Shown: positions 37,581-46,325 of the stretch, piece by piece
Layout: every line of letters starts with the position of its first letter
Numbering within the stretch: position 1 is the first letter of the stretch
Source: a bacterium
GTDB lineage: Bacteria; Patescibacteriota; Saccharimonadia; Saccharimonadales; Saccharimonadaceae
Assembly: GCA_030429975.1 (NCBI GenBank)
Contig: JAUIGB010000001.1
Coordinates: 44,190 to 108,189, forward strand
Direction of reading: 5' to 3'
Length of the DNA stretch: 64,000 nt
Notes under the pieces: model-generated
Databases searched by the model: none
Told to the model about the DNA's origin: nothing
Seen by the model: the letters and a program-made list of their open reading frames with translations, nothing else
Translations under genes and position numbers: made by a program

Positions 37581-38684
37581 TTATGCCGCTCGGTCTGGTG
37601 AAGAAACCAGCACCAAATCACGCATGGGCGGTTTTTTGCCTTGGCTAGCCAGCTTGTGTGATGCGTGACCACCGCTAGGGTCCGTAGTGTCCGTAGAATC
37701 TACAAATATCTGTGAATCATCAGCACCGGCTTCTTTTAGCCTATCGGCGGCAAAACCGTGCATGTCAATCACGAATTTTGTATTATCACCCACCTTTTCG
37801 TGGTCTGTAGTACGCGTTTTCCATCCACCATGCGTAAATAGCGGATCCTCACCGTCACGAGGATCGTGTGGTCGTTTATAATCAAAGTTCACGCCACCTG
37901 GACCAATAGTAAAGTTCAGATCAGCAATATCTACATTTTGTTCGCCGGCCAAAAAGTCTAGGCCTTGTTCCAAAAAGCCTGCGTCTTCATCTTGCCAGCC
38001 AGCGTGCATCAACCCATGGATAGGATTTCCGTCTCTATCGTGACCAGAAAAAGCAACCGTAGGACAATCTGCTGGTCGTATGCCGACTACCCTATTCGGA
38101 TCACGGCTATAAATCATAAACGCCGGTCTTTGGTCTTCAATATATTCCCCAGTTCGTTCTAGTTCGTCAGCAGATACTATATTGCCAGGAATCGTACGGT
38201 CTTTGTAATGATCAATCTGTGGTTTTAAGATTACTGTGTCGTTTACTAACTCGTGACCACCTATATTTTCTAGAAATCGATTTACCTTCATACCTGCCGT
38301 ATCACGGCGGGCAGTCCTGATGTCGTCTTGGCTCTCATTGGGAAGTTTTTTTAAGTCGTTCGGCATCAAATTTAGTCCAATAGTACTAACACGACCGAGC
38401 GCTTTGGCATCCCACGGTTGTCCCCATGCAGGACTCATACTACCGGCCAGTTCAAGCGGTACGCGACCACCTGTCGTGGCAACGGAAGTAACGACAACAG
38501 GACCAGCCTCACCCTTCATAAACCAGCTATCACGAAAGTCCGGCCAGTTCTTTTTCTCGAATTGATCTAACACTGATCGCTGTTGTTCGTTCGGGGAGTT
38601 AAGGTTTTCGTTGTTGCTCATTATGTTTGTATTTCGTGGTGGTAATTCATTTTTCATTATAACAGTTATCCTTATTATTGTCAA
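37581..38684 (-). CDS. Divergent laccase-domain / PgeF (DUF152)-like protein
   Basis: RPADCPTVAFSGHDRDGNPIHGLMHAGWQD and GGHASHKL resemble the DUF152 Cys/His motifs. The track start is TTG; the real start may be ATG 38621. Confidence 0.5.
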   Translation of the reverse strand: MTIIRITVIMKNELPPRNTNIMSNNENLNSPNEQQRSVLDQFEKKNWPDFRDSWFMKGEAGPVVVTSVATTGGRVPLELAGSMSPAWGQPWDAKALGRVSTIGLNLMPNDLKKLPNESQDDIRTARRDTAGMKVNRFLENIGGHELVNDTVILKPQIDHYKDRTIPGNIVSADELERTGEYIEDQRPAFMIYSRDPNRVVGIRPADCPTVAFSGHDRDGNPIHGLMHAGWQDEDAGFLEQGLDFLAGEQNVDIADLNFTIGPGGVNFDYKRPHDPRDGEDPLFTHGGWKTRTTDHEKVGDNTKFVIDMHGFAADRLKEAGADDSQIFVDSTDTTDPSGGHASHKLASQGKKPPMRDLVLVSSPDRAA

Positions 38685-38738
38685 TGTCGGAACGTGTTCC
38701 GAACAAAATCTTGATACATATCAAAACTTTGTTCGATC

Positions 38739-38765
38739 GGGGTGCAGGCTTTACGCCTGCACCCC
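38739..38765 (-). terminator. GC-rich hairpin downstream of the 72-aa ORF
   Basis: Perfect 11-bp stem GGGGTGCAGGC / GCCTGCACCCC with a 5-nt loop. The T-tract is weak. Confidence 0.5.
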
Positions 38766-38773
38766 GCTGCCGA

Positions 38774-38992
38774 CTATCCCCCTGTGACAAGGTCCCACCA
38801 ATCGGGATCCTCGAAAAGAGGTTCTTGCCGGACATACGGCTTGCCCGTTTCGGCCTCGAGCTTCCGCATCATGGCGTTTAGCTCATTCTCAAGCTTCGCG
38901 ATCCGATCCAAATTCTCGCCCTGGCGGGCAAAGACCAACTGGCGCTCGATATCGACGATACGGGCTTCAAGCTGATGCAGTTCGTCTACCAT
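38774..38992 (-). CDS. Hypothetical small coiled-coil protein, GC-rich orphan (72 aa)
   Basis: ATG start with GGAG 10 nt upstream. TATAAT (39054-39049) further upstream. 33/60 G+C in line 38881-38940. Heptad-like LEARIVDIERQL...LENELNAMMRKLEAE. Confidence 0.5.
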   Translation of the reverse strand: MVDELHQLEARIVDIERQLVFARQGENLDRIAKLENELNAMMRKLEAETGKPYVRQEPLFEDPDWWDLVTGG

Positions 38993-39138
38993 GTGATGTA
39001 CGCTCCGTTCGGAGATGAGGGTGCCCTTTTGGCTTGCCCACTGTCATCATTATATCGTATTTGTTAATATTTGTCAATACCATATTCATATTTTTTGCAT
39101 ATTTCTAATCTGTTATTTTTGTTTTTGTGAATTGATAC

Positions 39139-39167
39139 TTCACAAAATACAATAAATCTGCTATACT
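39139..39167 (+). promoter_or_regulatory. Promoter of the TrmB-like regulator (leaderless geometry)
   Basis: TTCACA, 17-nt spacer, TATACT (39162-39167), then 6 nt to ATG 39174. Confidence 0.5.
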
Positions 39168-39173
39168 ACAGAT

Positions 39174-40022
39174 ATGGACGAACAAATTTTGCAAAAGGCC
39201 GGTCTCACAGATTCAGAAGCCAAAGTTTACGCGTTGCTGGTAAAAAACAGCCCCTGTGCACCTCCCCTGTTAGCAAGCATGTCGGGCGAAAGCCGTACCA
39301 ACACTTACAAACTACTAGATTCCCTAGAGGAAATGGGACTCGTATCACGGGACGAGTCACAGCCAAAACTCCGCTACTGGGCAAACAATCCTTCCAATTT
39401 GCTCGATAAACTAAAAGATCAACGAGTGCAGGTCGAAAATGCCGAGAAACACTTTCAGGATTCCCTACCCTCGCTGATTGACGAATATTTTAAATATTCT
39501 GAACAGCCTGCCATTCGATATTTCAACGGTATAGATGGCATCATGAATATATACAAAGACCAGCTCAAAACCGGTCAGCCACTGACACAGGTATTCTCTC
39601 CCGACCTAATCGAAGCAATCGGCAAGGAAAAAACTCACCTGTTACGAAATGAGTTTCCAAAACGCAACATTCCCCAGCACGTTTTCTTTGGTGACGCCGA
39701 TCCGTACATAAAACCCGGCGAACCATGTATGCCGGTGGACGAATCCGACAGGATAATGAAAATGACTCGCACATGGCTAGACGAAGACGACTTAAAAGAG
39801 CCGGTAGAATGGACCATTTACGGTGACAAGCTGTCCATCGTGTCACTAGGTACGGAACTAGTGGGCATGGTAATTGAATCACCTCAAATCACGGCATCGT
39901 TTCGCGAAATATTAGAATTATTGGATCGAAAAGTGCGCGCTGAACCCGGCTATGACAAACTGCCTCAAAAGCGAACGCACACTATGATTCCTGAATCCGC
40001 CAAACAAAAGTACGACAGATAA
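39174..40022 (+). CDS. TrmB-family transcriptional regulator
   Basis: N-terminal winged HTH: LTDSEAKVYALLVKN...SRTNTYKLLDSLEEMGLV. Confidence 0.65.
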   Translation: MDEQILQKAGLTDSEAKVYALLVKNSPCAPPLLASMSGESRTNTYKLLDSLEEMGLVSRDESQPKLRYWANNPSNLLDKLKDQRVQVENAEKHFQDSLPSLIDEYFKYSEQPAIRYFNGIDGIMNIYKDQLKTGQPLTQVFSPDLIEAIGKEKTHLLRNEFPKRNIPQHVFFGDADPYIKPGEPCMPVDESDRIMKMTRTWLDEDDLKEPVEWTIYGDKLSIVSLGTELVGMVIESPQITASFREILELLDRKVRAEPGYDKLPQKRTHTMIPESAKQKYDR

Positions 40023-40047
40023 CCGTGTATAATAACTAATAGGTATT

Positions 40048-40977
40048 ATGAAAACAAAAATAAACAGATCCAAGTGGGTTTTGGTTGCCTTGCTAGCAGC
40101 ACTTTTGACCGCGCCAAACCCAACTATCATACGTGCTAATGTAATCGACACCGATCCTATATTCTTCGCTCTGCTTCGTTACGTGGTGGTCGCGCTCGTG
40201 TGCCTACCCTTCGTTCTATTCGCATGGAAAAAGCTAAACAGGCGAGGAGTCTCCGCGTCCTTGATATCTGGAATATTCATGGGAATCGCCCTCACTTTTT
40301 TCACGATGGCTCTAGAACAAAGCCAGGCAAATTATGTCGTGATACTGATGCTCATCACGCCCATAGTCTTTATCGCGCTATCTAGCAGGATAATTCACGA
40401 ACGTATCAGCCACCGCGCCATGGCGGGCATCACGATCGCCATGCTGGGCGCCTTTACCGTCGTAGCGGCGCCTATCGCTATCGCCCAGGATTCGAACGTA
40501 CAGTTCTATCCGCTAGCGACGGCTTACATGTTGGTTCAGTCGGTCGGCTTTGCCAGCGCGATGATATGGATGCGAAAAGCTAACGAAGCTGGAACGCCCA
40601 TGACATCGGTTATCGGACTGCAGGCTTTGGTAGCAGTGGCGTTAATCAGCGTATTCTTTGTGCTGTTTGGCGATACCAGTAGAACAGCTATAAACGATGG
40701 ATTACTATTGTCCTTGCTTTATTCGGGTGTTGTCGTGGCATTGATAGCACGTAGCATGAACGTGCTTTCTTATGAACGAATTGGATCCGTCATGGTCAGT
40801 GGCATGACTTATATTGATACCTTGATCGCGTTTATTATCCCGATAATCATCCTGGGAGAATCATTGTCACCCACGACGCTGTTCGGTGGTGTGCTAATAC
40901 TTATAGGCGTATACGTCATAGAAAGACGCAAACTACATGTACACAAAGGCGCTCACCACGCCCTACGACATCACTAA
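40048..40977 (+). CDS. EamA/DMT-family transporter
   Basis: 309 aa with about 10 TM helices in two repeats. Confidence 0.7.
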   Translation: MKTKINRSKWVLVALLAALLTAPNPTIIRANVIDTDPIFFALLRYVVVALVCLPFVLFAWKKLNRRGVSASLISGIFMGIALTFFTMALEQSQANYVVILMLITPIVFIALSSRIIHERISHRAMAGITIAMLGAFTVVAAPIAIAQDSNVQFYPLATAYMLVQSVGFASAMIWMRKANEAGTPMTSVIGLQALVAVALISVFFVLFGDTSRTAINDGLLLSLLYSGVVVALIARSMNVLSYERIGSVMVSGMTYIDTLIAFIIPIIILGESLSPTTLFGGVLILIGVYVIERRKLHVHKGAHHALRHH

Positions 40978-41375
40978 TCCTTTTTTGGATCGAATTTCAG
41001 ACAGACGGAATTGATACAGTAATGCTGTCCGTTAGGCGAACTATCATCTGGGAATAAATGCCCCAGGTGGCTATCACATTTACTACATACCACTTCCTGG
41101 CGGTGCATACCCATAGAATCATCATCCCGTAGCTTGACGGCGCCATTATCCGCCGCCTCGCTAAACGCTGGCCAGCCAATCAGCCCCGGCACCGTCGATT
41201 CGTACTTGCTATCACTCGCAAATAGTGCCTGACCACACGCCGCACAGTGATACATGCCATCATCAAACTTGTCCGTATATTCGCCTGTACCCGGCGCCTC
41301 GGTGCCCTTTTCGCGCAGTACATGGTACTGCTCTGCCGTTAATTCCTCGCGCCAATCTTTGTCAGATTTATCCAT
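40974..41375 (-). CDS. msrB: Peptide-methionine (R)-S-oxide reductase
   Basis: CAACGQALF and CSKCDSHLGHLF zinc CxxC pairs, GWPAF, and catalytic HYCINS. Confidence 0.9.
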   Translation of the reverse strand: MDKSDKDWREELTAEQYHVLREKGTEAPGTGEYTDKFDDGMYHCAACGQALFASDSKYESTVPGLIGWPAFSEAADNGAVKLRDDDSMGMHRQEVVCSKCDSHLGHLFPDDSSPNGQHYCINSVCLKFDPKKD

Positions 41376-41381
41376 GCAAAA

Positions 41382-41801
41382 TTAATCTTTTTTCTTGTCC
41401 AATTTGTCCAATTGCAATATCCGTACTAGCAGATAGATCACGAAAATAGTCGCGACGAGAGTGATGACCGACGATAGCGCCGCGCCCCATTGAAAATCAG
41501 CTGTCCTGCCCCATAGTTCGACGTGCCATACGTTTGTGCTTAACCTATCCTGCGAACCTATGACAAACTGTACAATCGGGTTGATAAATCCCTCGACGAT
41601 AGTCTTTATCGTACCGCTGGCGATCGTACCGATTGCCAAACCGATTGCCAAACCAACTATTCCACGCGTGCGGACAAAATCCAAAAACACGCTAGCTTCA
41701 TTTTTCGATGCTTTGTGAGCCTTTGCCTTGGCCGCCGCACCTTTTGCACGTGCCTTTTCGCGGGCTAGCTCTACCCTTTTGTTTGTATCATTATCTGCCA
41801 T
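41382..41801 (-). CDS. mscL: Large-conductance mechanosensitive channel with Lys/Ala-rich N-terminal extension
   Basis: FLDFVRTRGIVGLAIGLAIGTIASGTIKTIVEGFINPIV matches the MscL TM1 region. It is preceded by ARAKGAAAKAKAHKASK. Confidence 0.7.
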   Translation of the reverse strand: MADNDTNKRVELAREKARAKGAAAKAKAHKASKNEASVFLDFVRTRGIVGLAIGLAIGTIASGTIKTIVEGFINPIVQFVIGSQDRLSTNVWHVELWGRTADFQWGAALSSVITLVATIFVIYLLVRILQLDKLDKKKD

Positions 41802-41860
41802 TTACTATCCTTTGTTTACTATGCAATTATTCTACCTGATTTTGCCCATAAATGTTATTA

Positions 41861-41985
41861 GCGGCTGGAAGGGGGTGTCGTGATGAACACCCCCAACCAG
41901 CCGCTACAGTAGTGACCCTGTTTAGGTGTACTGGTCGCGTACTCGCTGTGCACTGTACGTCATAGTGCGGTGGTGCGCCTCCCCT
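41861..41985. other. GC-rich structured intergenic element (ncRNA candidate, class unknown)
   Basis: 44-nt hairpin GCGGCTGG-AA-GGGGGTGT-loop-ACACCCCC-AA-CCAGCCGC (41861-41904) plus further GC-rich sequence up to the terminator. 33/60 G+C in line 41881-41940. Confidence 0.35.
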
Positions 41986-42021
41986 AAAAAGAAAATCTCG
42001 CCGGTCGGCGAGTTCGTTTTT
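41986..42021. terminator. Bidirectional rho-independent terminator (argS on the minus strand)
   Basis: AAAAAGAAAAT-CTCGCC-ggtc-GGCGAG-TTCGTTTTT. Confidence 0.75.
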
Positions 42022-42137
42022 GGTTCGGTGTTTACACAAAAACTAGCTCGCCGTCGCGCCGCCAATAATCACGAGTACTAGCTCGCGAGAATTGATGACA
42101 CTGGTCGAAGCGTGTGCTTTCATGTGTTTCCAGTTTA

Positions 42138-43766
42138 TTACATTTTTTCAGGTGCTTCAATGCCCAAAATGGCCAATCCGGCCTTTAGGATATCGGCGTA
42201 TACTGCCACTAGCCCGGCACGGTGTTTTTCGTGTTCGCTACCGACGACTTGATTCTTTTCGTAATAGCGGTTAAATTCCTGCGCGAGTTCGAACAAATAA
42301 TTACAAATATGATGCGGTTCTAGCGATCCGGCAGATACTTCCACCACTTCATGATATTCGCCCATTTTTCGCACTAGCATGCGGTCTTCATCACGGACTT
42401 CGGTTGGAAACCCTACTTGTCCGTCGACCTTTGCCAGCACGCTATGCGCCCTAGCATGTGCGTACTGCAGGTAACTACCCGTGTTACCCGTCAGGCTGAC
42501 GGCTTCGTTAACGTCGAACACCACGTCACTGCCAATTTTTACTCGTAGGAATTGGTACCGCAAAGCACCAGCGACTATCTCATCCGTCGCTTCGCCGCCA
42601 CGTTCGACAATCGCGCGCTTGAATTCGTCGAATAGCCACGCGATTTCTATCACGTCGCCATCGCGACTACTCATTTTACCGGTCGTTAATTTTACCAATC
42701 CTGTCGGAATATTAGTCGTCACGCCTTTTAGTTCGGGCATACACAGTTCGGCGGCGGCTATCACGCCCTTGAAATAATCTCTTTGTTCGCCACCGGTAAT
42801 CACATAGCTTTTCTGTGCATGATATTGCTCGTTTTTGAGTACCATCAGACCCAAATCGCGGGCACCGTACAGTCCCTTGCCATTGCTAGCGACAAATACA
42901 TTATCAAACGACCCGTGCTCGCTACCCTTAAATACTAGCGCCCCTTCGGACTCCTGAAAAACATCCGGCACGTTCTTTTTGACTATCGGCACGCCACGCA
43001 TGTCGGCATCGCTTTCCAAAAAACGCTTTTCTATCGGAATATTACCCAGTCTGGCGACTATACTATCGATTTGTTCAAAGCTCCAATCTTTGCACATGTC
43101 GTAAATCTGGATATACAGTGGCGTTTTTGGCTCGAAAGACTGCCTCGCTAGATCATCTATCTCTGCTTTCGCTTCCTGACTGTCTTTGTAAGCCCGTGAT
43201 CCTTCGGCGTACATTCGCGACATAAACGCGTTTCGTTCATCCTCTGGCACGGCCTGAATCTTTGCTATGTCGCCATCGGCGTATTTCAACAAGCTATACA
43301 TGCTCTTGCCCACGTGTAGCCCCACGTCGCCATGATAGCTAACACGGTATACCTTGGCACCGTCTACTGCCAACAAATTAGCAATCGTATCGCCCAACAC
43401 CGCGTTGAACGCGTGTCCGATATGCATCGCCTTGAAAGGATTTGGATTGTTGGTTTCGATAACAGTCGTTTGGCCTGCGCGCGAGGGCACGGGTTTTTTG
43501 TGCGTCAGGTCTAGCAAGGCTTTTTCAGATAATTTCAGGTTGATAAACCCAGGACCGGCAACAGTGACATCCGCGAAATCGTCATCGCCACGCAATCGTT
43601 CCGCCAGTTGTTCGGCTATCTCGCGGGGTGGTTTCCCTACCTCGCGCGCTAATTGCAACGCGATATTCGTAGCATAATCCCCAAACTGTGGTTCGGGACG
43701 TGACAGCACGACGTCTGTTTCGACGCCGAACTCATCATGAACAATATTAGCAATTCTTGTATCCAC
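42138..43766 (-). CDS. argS: Arginine--tRNA ligase
   Basis: 542 aa with a HIGH-type motif (AMHIGHAFN) and KMSSRDG (KMSK). Confidence 0.95.
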   Translation of the reverse strand: MDTRIANIVHDEFGVETDVVLSRPEPQFGDYATNIALQLAREVGKPPREIAEQLAERLRGDDDFADVTVAGPGFINLKLSEKALLDLTHKKPVPSRAGQTTVIETNNPNPFKAMHIGHAFNAVLGDTIANLLAVDGAKVYRVSYHGDVGLHVGKSMYSLLKYADGDIAKIQAVPEDERNAFMSRMYAEGSRAYKDSQEAKAEIDDLARQSFEPKTPLYIQIYDMCKDWSFEQIDSIVARLGNIPIEKRFLESDADMRGVPIVKKNVPDVFQESEGALVFKGSEHGSFDNVFVASNGKGLYGARDLGLMVLKNEQYHAQKSYVITGGEQRDYFKGVIAAAELCMPELKGVTTNIPTGLVKLTTGKMSSRDGDVIEIAWLFDEFKRAIVERGGEATDEIVAGALRYQFLRVKIGSDVVFDVNEAVSLTGNTGSYLQYAHARAHSVLAKVDGQVGFPTEVRDEDRMLVRKMGEYHEVVEVSAGSLEPHHICNYLFELAQEFNRYYEKNQVVGSEHEKHRAGLVAVYADILKAGLAILGIEAPEKM

Positions 43767-43792
43767 TGTTCACTAGTATAACAGAGGTTATA

Positions 43793-43993
43793 TTACGAAA
43801 CGATATCAGAATCAAATTCTAGATCTTCGTTCGTCATGGCACTTTCTTCCGCGTATTTAGCTTCGTCCTCTAGGACGTCGCCCAACACGCCACCCGAAAC
43901 GGGGCTGGAACCATGTACGCTCTGCAAAACATCACGCAACACCTTGTTATCGTCGTGGTAGTTTAACAGTTCTTCGTGTATTGAATCAGACAT
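43793..43993 (-). CDS. Hypothetical small acidic protein
   Basis: 66-aa ORF rich in D/E. No motif recognised. Confidence 0.4.
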   Translation of the reverse strand: MSDSIHEELLNYHDDNKVLRDVLQSVHGSSPVSGGVLGDVLEDEAKYAEESAMTNEDLEFDSDIVS

Positions 43994-44055
43994 TTTTGTT
44001 TTTTATCCTTATACCTTCATTATAGCACTTATGCTAATGAATGTCAATATATTCC

Positions 44056-44631
44056 CTATAGGTTCTGGGGGTCTTTTAGCACCACAAAGCAGTGCGTCGT
44101 GTTGGTCCATGAGTTGTGATATGGCGCGTACGATAAGGTTCCGCCAGAAATCTGAACGCTATTTGGCACTTCACAATCCTGATTTTCGCCTTGAATCTTC
44201 CATGTCAGAGTATATCTGGCCGGTTGTCCGTTCAGTGTTTCGCCCGCCGCGTATCGCAACACTAACCCGTTATACCCGGGGTGTATGTCCTCTGGAAAAC
44301 TAGGTATTGTTCCTACGGTCTGCAGTGCGCTCGTCAGTGCTGAATCTTCGACGAAATCATTACCAGACGAATAGTGACACTCGTCGTCAGAGTCAAATCC
44401 AGCCAAGCACGTATAACCCCCTACCGATGGATACGAGCCGTTTTGATACGCATACACGCCAAACAGTTTTACCATTTGATTAACGGATGATTTCCAAGCA
44501 GCCTTTTGCGCTGACTGCGTAATGCCGTTATATGCAACGATTACTATAGCCGCCAGCACCCCGATAACGACAACAACTATCAAAAGCTCTACTATGGTGA
44601 ACCCGCGCTGACCTTTAGTAATGATGCCCAT
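44056..44631 (-). CDS. Type IV pilin
   Basis: Leader MGIITKGQRG|FTIVELLIVVVVIGVLAAIVIVAYNGIT. Confidence 0.85.
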   Translation of the reverse strand: MGIITKGQRGFTIVELLIVVVVIGVLAAIVIVAYNGITQSAQKAAWKSSVNQMVKLFGVYAYQNGSYPSVGGYTCLAGFDSDDECHYSSGNDFVEDSALTSALQTVGTIPSFPEDIHPGYNGLVLRYAAGETLNGQPARYTLTWKIQGENQDCEVPNSVQISGGTLSYAPYHNSWTNTTHCFVVLKDPQNL

Positions 44632-44665
44632 CTGCCTGCCATTGTAGCAATAGTTCTCATGCTTG

Positions 44666-46237
44666 TCATCGTTTGGCGGCGCGCACTAGCCCCGCGAACA
44701 GAGGGTGTGGGCTATGTGGACGAGATTTTAGCTCTGGGTGAGCTTGGGTGCCGATCATGAATGGATGATCGATGGCCTCGACGAATTCTACCAATTTACC
44801 ATCCGGCGAAGTACCGCTGATCCGTAGTCCGCCTTTTTCGATAGCCGACGTGAAGTTCTGATTGACTTCGTACCTATGGCGATGACGTTCATTTACCACG
44901 GTAGTTCCATATGCTTTTGCCGTTTTGGTCTTTTCGGTCAGTACAGCCACGTAATTACCTAGTCGCAATGTGCCACCGGTGGACTCTAATCCTTGCTGGC
45001 CATCCATGATGTATACAACGTTGTTATCAGTACCCGGGTCAAACTCGGTACTGTTCGCGTCTTTTAGTCCCGCCCTACGCGCCGCGGCTATTACAGCCAC
45101 TTGCAGGCCTAGGCATAATCCCAAATACGGCACCTTGTTCTTTAACGCATAGGTAGCGGCGGCAATTTTACCCGGTACTCCACGGCCACCAAATCCACCT
45201 GGTACCAGTAGCGCGTCAACTGCCTTAAAGTCACTATCCTTGGCTGTTTCGGCATTTATCCACTGTATTTCCACATCTACTTTTTCTTGCCACCCCGACG
45301 CCTTTAACGCTTCTATAACGGATATGTAGGTGTCTTCGTTGTCGACATATTTTGCCACTAGTCCCACTCGAACAACTTTTTTATACTTTGACGACTGCGC
45401 CGAAACCAGCTTTTTCCACTTGGATAAATTCGGTTGTTTATTGTTGCCCACGAATTGGCTGATTACCTTGTTTATGCCGCTGTTCGCGATGGTTATTGGT
45501 ACCTCGTACACGGTGTCGGCATTCGACAGCTGTATAACGCACTCCTCTGACACTCCGCTAAACTGACTAATTTTGCGAGCTATGCTGTCTGGGGCTGGCG
45601 TGTCCGTACGCACAATCACGCAGTCAGGCACTATTCCAAATCCTCGCAGGTCCATCAAGGCGTTTTGGGCTGGTTTTGATTTGAACTCTTTGCTGGTACT
45701 GATAAATGGAACGTACACGACATGCACGTACAGGCAATTTTCGCGCCCTACCCTGCCTGCGAACTCACGAATCGCCTCGACAAAACTCAGACCTTCGTAA
45801 TCACCGACCGTACCGCCGATTTCGACAATATGCACGTCCGAACCTTCCGCCGCCTCGGCTATGGCATCCTGAATAGCACCTGTCAGGTGCGGGACTAGCT
45901 GTACTGTTTTGCCTTCGAATTTGCCGGCACGCTCGTCGGCGATGACTTTTTGTAACAATCTACCCGATAGCGTCGCGTTTTTTTGCGTCAACTCTAGGTC
46001 TAGGAACCTTTCATAATGCCCTAGATCTAGATCAGTTTCCGCACCGTCGACAGTTACGAAACATTCGCCATGTTCGGCAGGATTTAATAGCCCCGCATCT
46101 ACGTTGAGATACGGGTCGCATTTTTGAATCGAAACTTTTAGACCTTTTGCCTGCAGAACAGCGCCTATACTAGCCGCGCTGATGCCCTTGCCAACTCCAG
46201 ATAGTACGCCACCGGTGACGAATATGTATTTCGTCAT
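44666..46237 (-). CDS. pyrG: CTP synthase
   Basis: MTKYIFVTGGVLSGVGKG N-terminus. Glutaminase GLCLGLQ and HRHRYEVN. Confidence 0.95.
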   Translation of the reverse strand: MTKYIFVTGGVLSGVGKGISAASIGAVLQAKGLKVSIQKCDPYLNVDAGLLNPAEHGECFVTVDGAETDLDLGHYERFLDLELTQKNATLSGRLLQKVIADERAGKFEGKTVQLVPHLTGAIQDAIAEAAEGSDVHIVEIGGTVGDYEGLSFVEAIREFAGRVGRENCLYVHVVYVPFISTSKEFKSKPAQNALMDLRGFGIVPDCVIVRTDTPAPDSIARKISQFSGVSEECVIQLSNADTVYEVPITIANSGINKVISQFVGNNKQPNLSKWKKLVSAQSSKYKKVVRVGLVAKYVDNEDTYISVIEALKASGWQEKVDVEIQWINAETAKDSDFKAVDALLVPGGFGGRGVPGKIAAATYALKNKVPYLGLCLGLQVAVIAAARRAGLKDANSTEFDPGTDNNVVYIMDGQQGLESTGGTLRLGNYVAVLTEKTKTAKAYGTTVVNERHRHRYEVNQNFTSAIEKGGLRISGTSPDGKLVEFVEAIDHPFMIGTQAHPELKSRPHSPHPLFAGLVRAAKR

Positions 46238-46325
46238 ACACGACACCTCTGTCTAAATAAAAATTCCACAGGCTTTCCCATGGAATTTCATTATAGCACG
46301 TTTAGCGGTAAATCGCTATTGGTTA

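Noticed and set aside
41827-42039. 70-aa minus-strand ORF
   Set aside because: It spans the argS terminator and a long hairpin. It has no RBS and an implausible sequence. The region is treated as structured non-coding DNA or RNA.
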